A stretch of DNA of 64,000 nt. Source: Schizochytrium sp. TIO01 (Eukaryota; Protista; Bigyra: Labyrinthulomycetes). Each line of letters opens with the position of its first letter. The first letter of the stretch is position 1. This document shows positions 36,401 to 49,100 of this stretch, one piece after another. Below the pieces are notes generated by a model that was not told the DNA's origin, made no database searches, and saw only the letters and a program-made list of their open reading frames with translations. The stretch spans positions 3,112,040-3,176,039 of the forward strand of contig SMSO01000035.1 of NCBI GenBank assembly GCA_004764695.1. Direction: 5' to 3'. The translations under genes and the position numbers were made by a program.

Positions 36401-39400
36401 ATGTGCTGATAAGCCTACGATGATTTCATTGAGAAAACTTATCTCGCATGGTTTGGAAGTACTACACGGAAACTCAAATCCAGGTGAAAGACCGCTAGAA
36501 ACATTCAGACGAGTCAATGCAGGCAAGAAACGACAAACTAGCTCTTGTCCAGAGCGCTTGCTCTCGTACCTTTGGATGGTACTAATTTCTAGTTCAATCC
36601 GTCGATTCCCCTCAACTATGAAGTCAAAAGGTAAGATGTTACTACTGCATCCTGAATATGAAACATAACTTTCCTCTGTAATAGAACCCAATAATTCCGG
36701 TACTGGCTGGTATACGAATCGGAAAGACTTAGGTGATCTAGTCAAGTCGATTTGAAGCTTAGGACTACCACCTGGAAATTGATATTCAAAGCTATTTTGA
36801 GCCTCTTCATCTTCTAAGAAACTAAGATGTATTGAGTAGTTCGTTGCAGGAAGGCTGGTCAGGCTCTTGAATGGCTGATCTAGGGTATTTTGAAGTGTAA
36901 CTGATGAGCACGCGCTAACTGTTAGGGTGATAGTGATATTACCAAGTCCAAACTCACACTCAGTCGCTGCAGCAAAAACGCCAAGGCTTCGAGTTGTGTT
37001 ATCTACAAAATCATAGACATCAGTATCAGCTTTAATTTGAAGACCTGTAGACAGTAATGCGTTTGCACCTGCATCATCTTCGCTAGCTGGCTTGAATGTA
37101 TGATCACCATAAATAAAAGAAAGAGTTATTTTTGAGTTCTGAGGTACACCAAGAGAGAATTGACCTTCGGTGTCTGTGAAGGCACTCGCTATTTTTACGT
37201 TATTTTGTAACGAGTTCAGTGCTCGAACCTCTACACCTCCAATTCCACAAGGCGGATAGATACCTTGGAAAGGAAAAGTGATTCTGCCTCGAACTCTTCG
37301 GCTGTCAAGGTCTACCATGCGAAGATTATGTGCCCTAAGATGAACAAGAGGAATGGTCTGTGGAAGCAAAACTGTGTTACTATTTGTGCACGGCGTATTT
37401 GCTTCTTTGAAAGGACAAAGTCTTATGTCGCTGGAGGAGCTTTGTTTTGACGCACTCAGAATTGTTATGCTCGAATATTCGTCTGTTGCTAATATATCAG
37501 TAACATGCAAAGATGTCTTCCCCTCGAGGTTTGTCATAGTAGAGAATATTTGAGGATCGTCACCTATTGTGTAGGTAATCTCAACGTCGGTCGATGCAGC
37601 ATTTCCATCGAGATTATCAACAGCTATATCCAAGAGAGCCAGGAATGAGACTGTGTGGGAATAGCAATGATATGTCGTCTCCCAGGAAATTTCCGAATTC
37701 GCAGCGCCAAGACTATCCCAAGACTTTGGTCGGTGCCCCTTTACCCATTGAAGCCCCACGCAAATTTGGATAGTATCACCTATTTGGAGTATGTCTAACT
37801 CATCTGATATTGTATCCGAGGTAAATGTGGTATTTTGATTACTACTACAGTTGAATATCGGAGCAAGCTGCTCATAGCTCCCAATCTGAACTCCATCTCT
37901 TGCTACGTGAATCTTGTAATAGTCAACAATGTTAATTCGAATCGCTGTGACAATAACAATTTGAAAACCAATGACAGAGGTGGCAGCGTTCTCTTTTCCA
38001 GCTATAACTTGAGTTACAAACAAGCCTTCAACATTGTAGACTGAGAAGTCAAAGTCATCAGGTTCTTCAAAAGCATATCCAAGTAGATTTATACCTAACT
38101 TAGAATCCCTGCATACTGGATGTTGGCAAGCGACGCCGCTGTATCCGATGTTACATTGGGATTCTGGCCCAGCTGTTTCTGGATTTGTTAGTCCGTTCTT
38201 CACACAAAGTGTACCACCAGGACAATTTATACGCAAATTTTCATGGCAGTAATAACCAATAGGGCATATTGCACAACTATCAGACTCTGAATCTGGGTCA
38301 GTTATGTAGAATCCTGCAAGACATGTAGCACAATATTTTGATCCAAGGTGAATTGTATCCATAACAGGCTCAAATGAACTCAGAAGAGCATCGGATTTCT
38401 TCAGTCTACAGTAATGACGTTGAACATTGAAATGAACCATAATACAATCCGGCTCTTTTTGACAGAGACGCCGACAATCATGAAACGTAAGTATGTCATA
38501 AAAAACTGCAACGTCTGTACCAGATGATCCTAGCCCATTTATAGCGCAACCCTCAGAGTATATCATTTTTGCATAAGTATCTGGAATATCCATATCGTTT
38601 GCGTCATTTGCACAATATAAGTTGCCACTTACGAAAGCAGACCTGGTAGGTGGGTGGAATTTATATTCAGATGCACTTTCGGCAGATATTACTTCATCAG
38701 GATACAAAAAACATGCTTGCATCGACTGGTTATATTGCCAAGATTTGCAAGCAGCTTCCTCGATCAAGTCTGAACCTGGGTCAGACCCAATCATTGAGCA
38801 CATAAGCGGCTCAGTTGCAACTTGTACGTCTGCCACATCAGATCCTGACGAATCGTATTTTGGATTTAGATCACCTGATCTTACCGCTGTACCTGAAAAT
38901 TCGATATCCGCATAGTTGGCTTTTCTTTGACCATCACCAAAGTTCCATGCTTGAAATTTGTAGCATGGCTGAACAGTAGCAAACCACATTGCATCATTGT
39001 AAAAATGATCTTTCCAAATGGTATTGCTAGCTTCTACCCAATCATACGAATCCTTGGCGGTTGGTATAGGAAATTGTTCATATGCATAGGTCAGCAGTTC
39101 ACCAGGCTGCATTGACGTCCCTATGTAAGCAGTGGTTGTTAAAGGTGAAAATGATTTTTTACGAAGTTCTAGATGAATTCCTCTGTACCTTGAAGACGTC
39201 CAACTTCTCATGCATTCGTGATAACACTCTTTTGGACTCTCTACGTCCTGAATCATCTTGATTTTCGAGGGTTGACCTGAAATTATGCCTTGCACCATGC
39301 AGCCAGGAAACAGATCAATTTCATCTCTAGTATCTCTAATTTTCTGATGAACACCGTGCGTACGAGGGATCAAACATAGAACAAACAGAATCCATGTCCA

Positions 39401-39430
39401 AAATACATAGCTCTGAACTAATCGCTTCAT
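33412..39430 (-). pseudogene. Giant PAN/Ig-like type-I membrane protein, copy 1, frameshifted
   Basis: ORFs 35414-39436 and 33412-35490 together match the intact 2006-aa copy. Net 1-bp insertion at ~35451-35457 (cctcctaagaaccagtcg vs cctcctaaaataagtcg). Confidence 0.85.
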
Positions 39431-41163
39431 TGTCAAAGAGGTCTAGCACCTTTTCAAATTTGGGGAATTGCTGATCAAACCAACTTTTTGGCTACTAAGA
39501 ATGATAGTTACTTACGAACAAAAGCACTTCATCATTGAAATATGGATTTTGCTCAAGGTAATGAGTTTTGTACCTTCGCGATGGAGGAGGATTCCTTTGG
39601 AATGCACAAACAAAATAGTAGGGAGTATCACTTACCGTTGATCTATATTTACTCTTAAGTACTTAATACCTGTTCCAGTTATGCTCGTCGAGCATAGCGT
39701 GCACAGCGATAATTGAATTCTACAAGGAACTAAATCAATGAATATCAATGTACGTTGGAATGAAAGCTACCATCCGTTCGCAGATACGTTTACAAATAGA
39801 ACCATAAAATCTGGACCAATTATCAACCAAATAAGTTCAGACAAGCTAGTTTGGCCATCCTTTCTTCTTCTTCTGAAAGAAGCGTACTGCTCTCTATTCT
39901 TTGATGTTGTGAGCAGAAATGTCAAGTTCTTCAACAAATGTATATTAGTGCATATCTAAATGCACAGTTTGGGAGGGGGGGGGGATTTTAAAAAAACATA
40001 AGAAATAACATATATAGGGTCTATATAATTTTTTCAGTAAATTCTGTCAAGCATGACTGACAGCTTACTCAACTGACTTAGAGTTCGTTTCTCAAGCTCC
40101 TATTCGCGCACATTTATATATCCCCCCCTTGAGTGTTCTGCTCGACAAAAAGTGAAACTGACACTGCATATAAAGGTTGTCCGGGGTATCCGAGAAGAAG
40201 AATGTGTACTATAAGATTCTTAGAAATTGATTAAACTACCTTAACTTCTACCAGCAGCGAATTGTCAAAAACTTAAGCTTATGGCTACAACCGTTGCAAC
40301 TCGGTTGAACACGAAAAATCCATGGGAAAAGATGACGAATTGACTTCACTGTAACCATGCGGCGTCAGATTCTGTTAGAAGAGGGATATAAACAAGCACC
40401 TCTACCATGGTATCGTAAAGCATTCGGTATGTTGTTGATGTATAGTTCGTGTACAGCCTCGTTTCATAGAATGAAACATGTAGGTAACGTAGAATAAATA
40501 GTACATGGTCAAACCACATTTGGAATAACTCGTGCCCATGTATTGCACAAGAGTTTCTTCCCATCGTCCCTCATGATAGCCACTCCGGTGGACGGGCGTC
40601 AGCATTGTAGATTTGCACGGTCAGAGAGCGTCTATCGATCTTTATTTTAGAGAACCATATGCTCCTCGCTTCACTCACTGTGTCGAACCGTGCCGTGTTC
40701 GAAAGGCACTTGAAACTGTGACGTAATGTGACATTGAAACGCTGGGATTAATCAAGAAATCTGATGAATCAGAGCAATCACCTCAACGCTTACAGGGTGG
40801 GCAAGTGAAAGAGCTACCCGGTATTATGTATCCAATGTCAAAAAAGCACAGACATCTTTATCTAACATACTAAGCCCAGTCAATAAGATAGATGACTTTG
40901 GCGAAGTAAAGGTTAGAAGAGACAAAGGCAAACGACGACGCAATTTGGTGTGGGGCTGTCTGGCCAAGGGAGGCCGTAGGTGAAGCTTCAACTCGAGAGC
41001 TAAGGATATACAGTACCTGTGAACCTGTTTCAGACTCACCTGGCTCCCCAGCGTGGTACCTCATACAATAAATTATAGGGGCAGTACTTTGATGCAATAG
41101 GCACTTGAACGTCTGTGCGCAGAGACAAGGTGGGAGCTTGACTAGTGGAATTAGGGCGATAAG

Positions 41164-42843
41164 ATGACAGCCTTAGATATTCATTCTTCTTTACAGAAAC
41201 TCGTGACCAAACCAGGTTCATTTCCACGTCCACCGACTCGAAGAGGTTTTAGACTTTGGCCTCTCCTTTTAAGTTTATTGCTTCTCAAGGCCTGCGCTCT
41301 GGGTGGTTGGTTTTTCGGCACTGATTACATCTTTATTGAAAAACGATTCTGGGTTTACTTCAACTTAATATGGGCAACTTTGGTATGTGCATATAAAATG
41401 GGTTTATTGCCCTCTGGGGAACTATCCAATGTTGTGACACGTACTGGCCGTACGCCTCCACTGTGCCTCGAGGTAGATATGGTTAGCGAACAAAATGAAC
41501 CAAACATAACTTCAAGCTCGAGAAGGATATCGCTCCAGATTTGTGCTTCTTCACAGAAATTTGCAACTAGTCCAACCTCGTTTCCAGGTTCTCAACCTAA
41601 CTTCGTCGACCAACTCAATGTTGCAACATATAACGTTGGTCGCACGCCTGTTTCTTGTCTCGAGGATGAAAGTTCAACACATGCCACAAAGGTTATTGGA
41701 GTACAGGATCAATCAAATTGAATTTCAAGCTCTAGAGGAATATCGCTGCAGATTTGTGCTTCTTTACAGAAATTTGCAACTAGCCCAACTTCGTTTCCAC
41801 AGTCTCAACCTATTCCCAAGAAAGAGTCGATTGGTATATCAAGAACCTTCACAGGTAACCCGTCTTGTCAGTCTGGACCTGCGTTTACATTCATGTTCCA
41901 AACTGAGTCATTTACATCAACAGCTATATTCGTGACATCTGGCCCCTCATTTGCACCTTTGTCAGAGACTGGCGCATCGGGTGCTTCTGCTAAGCCGGTC
42001 ACACTGCAATTTGAAACTTCACCATTTCGATTTGGAGCCCCATTAGAGACTGGCGCATTGGGGGCTTCTGCTAAGCCGGGAAAACCGCAATTCGAAGCCT
42101 CGCCATTTCGATTCGGAGCTTCATCAGAGACTGAACCAACTCCATCTGGTTTATCTGGCTTCGCATTTGGATCCACGTCATCTAGGAATGGAGGTTTAGA
42201 GAAGAGGATCATTCACCTAGAAAACTTAGCAGAGCACTTGCAAAAACAAATTGAAAGCCTTCGAGGTTTCGCGGGGCAGCTCATTCCAGATGATGCATCA
42301 GCAACAGCTCAAGTTAGAGAGCCCGCATCTTTATCTAAGCGGCCAGCACCCTTATTTGAACCTTTATTCGAGACTGATGCAGGTTCAACTGGATCATCTA
42401 GATTCACATATGGATCCAGGTCATCTAGAAATGATGAATTGGACCAGAGAATCGTTTTTCTAGAGGACTTAGTAGTGCAGCTGCAAAAACAAATAGAAAG
42501 CCTTGAAAGTTTTGCGGGGCAGCTTATTCCAGACATTGATGGCGGCTGCTTACTTCAATGTCAAGATATTAAGCAATCCGCAGCAGAAAACTCCGATGAG
42601 CTTGTACTTTGTCCTGTTTGCCTTGAGGAGGACCCTGTGGTGGGGATTATATTGATACAGCCCTGCCAACACATATTGTGTAATACGTGCTGTGAGAAGA
42701 AATTCTCTCAAGGATGCCCGTTGTGCCGAGGCCCTATTGAATCCACACATGTACCTTCAAGGCAGCTTCATACTGAACAAGAGTATCAAGACTACATAAG
42801 AAATAGAAAATTAGCAGCGGAGTTAGAATATGATGGACGATAA
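41164..42843 (+). pseudogene. FG-repeat RING gene D (duplicate of C) with an in-frame nonsense codon
   Basis: AGA in C is TGA at 41719-41721; the frame is otherwise open to 42843. Only 2 x 213-bp and 2 x 81-bp repeats. ATG 41893 could yield a 316-aa FG-CC-RING product. Confidence 0.85.
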
Positions 42844-43190
42844 TAAGAATTTATTTGATTTTACTGTTGCCTCACAAAATAACTATTTAGTTGATTGACC
42901 CGATTCGGAGCCAGCTCGTTGTTTGTTTTCCCAGTTTCATCTTTCACGAAGTCGGTACTGACAAAGTATTTGATTGAATAATTTCTATATTTTGTAAACC
43001 CTAGAGAAGCAATTTCAATGCAGCTGGTTTCGACAATTTTATGTTTTATCATGGTAGTTGAAGTTCAAACTTTAGTAGCTATTGAATATGATATATCATA
43101 AATCTGAGAGCTATACTAATTTGTCGTACTCAAACATGCCAATAAGTTTTGACACGTTTTATTAATTGCAAACAACCTTGAACTGAGATA

Positions 43191-46100
43191 CTACTTGGGT
43201 TCTGCATCACTAGGGACAGTATCGGAGTGTCGAACTTGGGACGGCTTGGAGAATCGGGATTCATTTTCTGTTATCAAATTAGGACTTCGCGTAGAGTCAG
43301 CCATTGACCTACATAGATCCGTACTTTCTTTGGTATCTCCTTTTCTTGAGTCCTGGCTACGAAGATTTTCGTCGTTTGCAACCATAGACGCTTGATCTAA
43401 ATCTCTCTTGGACTTTAAACGGTGGTGATATCTTCTCAAATACAAAGCAACAACAATACCTGCGACACAAAAAGCTCCGGCTGCTGGAGCTGCATAAGTT
43501 ATCGCAGATGTATCCTTTTTTTTTCCTTCTGCGCTCGAAGAATTATCACTTGTATTTGATATGTTATTTGGTGTCTCATCTTCGCCATCGGGCGATGTAG
43601 AGTGATAAAATGTGGATGAAATAGTGTAACCGCCAATAGGAAGTAGCTGGTCCCGAGCTGAATTCACCATCTGAGCATGCTCCTTGGCAGTTGGTAAATT
43701 CCATGTTATTCCTTTGCTTCCATCATAATCAACTAAAACTGGTGCAATCATCTCCAAACCAATGTTATCGCTCTGTAGACTCCGCGAGTTTTCAACAAGA
43801 ATTGTATTTGCCAAATTACCCATTAGGTCCATAACCCCTGACATCACAATCTTTACTTTTGTAGAGTTCCAAAGTGTAGCCTCATTAGCACTTTGAAGCG
43901 GCAAGTGCACCGTTATTGTTGTGAGCAATGGCGTGCAGGTAGTGATGGCTTGTAGTGAAACACCTCGTTCTTCGTCAGTAATAAAAGCCTCTAAATTTGT
44001 TGAGCTACAATCGATCTGTTCATCAAACTCGAATGATGCAATTGGGACTGTGCTGACAGCCTTTTTAACATTATATACCGGTGTCCATGTTGTTACAGAC
44101 GGTCCTGTATAGTCAACAAGCCCAAGGCGCTGCCCTGATCGTGTTGAACCTTGGACATACCCATCCTTATTTCTACATTCAAGGCGTATCTCGAGCAAGT
44201 ATTTCTCACTATCAACGAAACCTGATTCTTTGCCCGTTAATGTTGCCTTATGGGTGTCTGTATCGAGTTCTAAAACTTGAAACCAGTCCTCCATGATGTG
44301 TCCATTTTTGTACCTTGCTGCCCATACTGTTGCTAGAGCACTAGTGGAAGAACTGGTGGTTCCAGATATCCCAATCACCTCGAGACTGGGCGTACCTGTA
44401 GATAGGTGCCAAGTCGATGTTGGGTCTGCTAACCCTCCCTGCCATTCTATTGATGGACATGGTGCGGCCCAACGAAGTCTGAATGGAATAGATTTGGCTA
44501 TGTTCTCGTCACAAGCTGAGGCAACCGTGACGCTCACGGTAGAGGATTGCACCCGGCTATCAAGTCTTTCATAGTAAACGACAACCAAGTGTCTCGTACG
44601 ACCTTGTATGGTCAACTCAAAGTCTTGATTGAACGTTGCTGACCCGATCCGGTAGGCGATACGCCCCGTAGTACTTGCTGCATCAACCGAAATAATCACG
44701 TTGAGTTCGTCGTCGCTTATAGGCTGCGAAGTGGTGTCGATAAAAAATGAAAACGATCCTTTATCTGTGTCCTTTGGCAGCTCCTCTGCAGGTAGCTCGC
44801 CCACAGAGAGGGTGAACGTTTCCCGTGCATCAGTCCCTGCTATGTGTGGGCAACGTGTAATCCCCCCACATACAGAATATACGTGAGACCCGGAATGCGG
44901 GGACTGAAAAATATCGAGACACACTTTATTCAAAACGTCATTGTTAACTAAGTGAGTGCTACGAGTTATTTCAGCTTTTTTGTTTTCAAAGTCACGATTT
45001 TCGGTTTTGTGCGTCCTCACTGTCGTCCATTTTGCGTTTGCTCCTTTTTGCAGCGTGCTACTCGCACTTACTTCCACACCAAATATAGAAAGTGATGCAG
45101 ATAACGTTGCTGAAATGGAAGCTCCATATTCGTTGCTGTATTCATGGGTGTCATAGACAGAAGCAAAGTCCACAAGTTCCTTACTTTCGTGGCTACTTGT
45201 TTCCTCAAAGTCTATTGCTCCACCTCCTAAAATAAGTCGATTTGGGGAATTTCCATCAAATGGCGCATCTATCCCCATGCCCATTAGGTCTAAGGGATAA
45301 TTTCGTGCGGTTAAGAAATCATTATCCCAATGTTTTAAGAGGTTCAGCCATTTAAGGCGCCCAACTTGAGCTTGTGCCAAGAATTCTTGAGCATCGGACG
45401 ACCCTTTGTGAAGTTCAATACTTTCCTCAATATCTTTCAAGTCCTTTTCACAATTTGCTCGGGAGTAGTAAACTAAAGAAGAAACAGCTTCTCCCCATAG
45501 AAGCGACGGTTCAGATCTTATTGTACAAGTGGAGGAGTCATACGTGAGGGTAATTGATTCAGTGAGATTTGCTGTGCTGCCCAAAAAGAGAACCATATCT
45601 CCAACTTCGCTTGTAGTCCTCAACTCAAAAGTTGTCTCGCGCAGTACTATAGAAGAAGTATCCTCCAAAGATTCAAGAGAGCTGCTGATTTGGGTGTCAT
45701 CATGATTAGATTCTATTGAGCTTCCAACGTTGACGTTAACGAAAGGGAGCTCTGTATTCAATGACGCCTCACGCAATGTTTTCGATTGTATAGTTCGCGT
45801 TTTACTGTTTTCCACTTCAAAATGCATTGTGGATTCCACGGAAAATGAACCTTTGAAACTTGCCCTTGCTGAAGGTGGTTCATCGGCTGTAGTCGACGTT
45901 ACAGGCGGCGCATATAGGTAGTAAAGAGGAATGGCATCCTCACTTGGAAATGAAACCACATCATCTGCGCGGAGTACCTTGCTTCCAATAACTAGCATCC
46001 TCATCTTTAATTGAAGACTTTCACTTAGTGGTGAAGCCCAATGGGCTTCATTAATGAGTTCTAGGTTTACCACACGAACAAAGTACGATAAATTTGAATG

Positions 46101-49100
46101 GAAATCACTATTGCTGCTTATTGGATTCTGCGGTTCGCCACTCACAACAGTTGGCCGAAAAACGGATTGGTTATGTGCTGATAAGCCTACGATGACTTCA
46201 TTGAGAAAACTTATCTCGCATGGTTTCGAAGTACTACAGGGAAACTCAAATCCAGGTGAAAGACCGCTAGTAACATTCAGGCGAGTCAATTCAGGCAAGA
46301 AACGACAAACTAGCTCTTCTCCAGAGCGTTTGCTCTCGTACCTTTGGATGGTACCAATTTCTAGTTCAATCCGTCGATTCCCCTCAACTATGAAGTCAAA
46401 AGGTAAGGTGTTACTATTGCATCCTGAATGTGGGACATAACTTCCCTCTGCAATAGCACCCAATAATTCCGGTACTGGCTGGTATACGAATCGGAAAGAC
46501 TTAGGTGATTTCGTCAAGTCGATTTGTAGCTTCGGACTACCACCTGGAAATTGATACTCAAAGCTATTTTGAGCCTCTTCATCTTCTAAGAAACTAAGAT
46601 GTATTGAGTAGTTCGTTGCAGGAAGGCTGGTCAGGCTCTTGAATGGCTGATCTAGGGTATTTTGAAGTGTAACTGATGAGCACGCGCTAACTGTTAGGGT
46701 GATAGTGATATTACCAAGTCCAAACTCACACTCAGTCGCTGCAGCAAAAACGCCAAGGCTTCGAGTTGTGTTATCTACAAACTCATAGACATCAGTATCA
46801 TCTTTAATTTGAAGACCTGTAGACAGTAATGCGTCTGCATCTGCATCATCTTCGCTAGCTGGCTCGAATGTATGATCACCATAAATAAAAGAAAGAGTAA
46901 TTTTTGAGTTCTGAAGTACACCAAGAGAAAATTGACCTTCGGTGTCTGTGATGGCACTCGCTATGTTTACGTTATTTTGTAACGAGTTCAGTGCTCGAAC
47001 CTCTACACCTCCAACGCCACAAGGAGGATAGATACCTTGGAAAGGAAAAGTGATTCTGCCTCGAACTCTTCGGCTATCAAGGTCTACCATGCGAAGATTA
47101 TGTGCCCTAAGATGAACAAGAGGAATGGTCTGCGGAAGCAAAACGGTGTTACTTTTTGTGCACGGCGTATTTGCTTCTTTGAAAGGACAAAGTCTTATGT
47201 CGCTGGAGGAGCTTTGTTTTGACGCACTCAGAATTGTTATACTCGAATATTCGTCTGTGGCTAATATATCAGTAACACGCAAAGATGTCTTCCCCTCGAG
47301 GTTTGTCATAGTAGAGAATATTTGAGGATCGTCACCTATTGTATAGGTAATCTCAACGTCGGTCGAGGGAGCATTTCCATCGAGATTATCAACAGCTATA
47401 TCCAAGAGAGCTAGGAATGAGACTGTGTGGAAATAGCAATGATATATCGGCTCCCAGGGAATACCATTATTCCCAACGTTAAGACTATCCCAAGACTTTG
47501 GTACGAACGCATCTGCCCATTGAAGCTTCACGCAAATCTTGATAGTATCACCTATTTCGAGTATGTCTAACTGATCTGATATTGTAGCCGAGATAAATGT
47601 GGTATTGTGATTATTACTACAGTCGAATGTTGGAGCAGGCTGCGTATAGTGCCCAATCAAAACTCCGTCTGTTGCTACTTCAATCCTGTAATAGTCAAGA
47701 ATGTTAGATTGAATCGCTGTGACAATAACGATTTGAAAACCAATGACAGCGGTGGCAGCGTTCTCTTTTTCAGCTATAACTTGAGTTACAGACAAGTCTT
47801 CAACATTATAGACTGAGAAGTCAAAGTCAGCAGGTTCTTCAAAAGCATATCTAAGTAGATTTATACCCAACTTGGAATCCCTGCATATCGGATGTTGGCA
47901 AGCAACACCGCTGTATCCTATGCTACATTGGGATTCTGGCCCAGCTGTTCCTGGATCAGTTAATCCGCTCTTCACACAACGTGTACCACCAGGACAATTT
48001 ATACGTAAATCATCGCGGCAGTAATAACCAACAGGACATATCGCACAACTATCAGACTCTGAATCTGGGTCAGTTATGTAGAATCCTGCAAGACATGTAG
48101 CACAATATTTTGATCCAAGGTGGATTGTATTCATAACAGGCTCAAATAAACTCAGAAGAGCATCGGATTTCTTCAGTCTACAGTAACGACGCTGTACATT
48201 GAAATGGATCATAATACAATCAGGATCTTGTTGACAGAGACGTCGACAATCATGAAACGTATCTATGCCAAAAAAGTTTGCAACGTCTGTGCCAGATGAT
48301 CCTAGCCCACTTATAGCACAACCCTCGGAGTATATCATTTTTGCATAAGTATCCGGAATATTCATATCGTTTGCGTCATTTGCACAGTATAAGTTGCCAC
48401 TTACGAAAGCAGACCTGGTAGGCGGGTAGAATTTATATTCAGATGCATTTTCGGCAGATATTACTTCATCAGGATACAAAAAACATGCTTGCATCGATTG
48501 GCTATATTGCCAAGATCTGCAAGCAGCTTCCTCGATCAATTCTGAACCTGGGTCAGACCCAATCATTGAGCACATAAGCGGCTCAGTTGCAACTTGTACG
48601 TCTGCGACATCAGATCCTGACAGATCGTATTTTGGATTTAGATTACCTGATCTTACTGCTGTACCTGAAAATTCGATATCCGCATAGTTGGCTTTTCTAT
48701 GACCATCACCAAAGTTCCATGCTTGGAATTTGTAGCATGGCTGAACAGTTGCAAACCACATCGCATCATTGTAAAAATGATCTTTCCATGCGGTATTGCT
48801 AGCTTCTACCCAATCATACGAATCCTTGGCGGTTGGTATAGGAAATTGTTCATGTGCATAGGTCAGCAGTTCACCAGGCTGCATTGACGTCCCTATGTAA
48901 GCAGTGGTTGTTAAAGGTGAAAATGATTTTTTACGAAGTTCTAGATGAATTCCTCTGTACCTTGAAGACGTCCAACTTCTCATGCATTCGTGATAACACT
49001 CTTTTGGACTCTCTACGTCATAAATCGTCTTGATTTTTGAGGGTTGACCTGAAAATATGCCTTGCGCCATGCAACCAGGAAACAGATCAATTTCATCTCT

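Larger units (their letters stand above)
30007..40941 (+). repeat. Segmental tandem duplication, copy 1 (10,935 bp)
   Basis: aatttggtgtggg..ctgtctggccaaggg occurs at 30007 and 40942; sequence is colinear through ...gagacaaaggcaaa. Confidence 0.95.

Noticed and set aside
39465-39640. Possible 5'-UTR intron of the giant gene (minus-strand GGTAAGT in both copies)
   Set aside because: No convincing acceptor or branch site; needs cDNA evidence.
41719-41721. In-frame TGA read as selenocysteine or a variant genetic code
   Set aside because: It aligns to Arg (AGA) in the paralog, and TGA is a normal stop elsewhere (e.g. 14220-14222).
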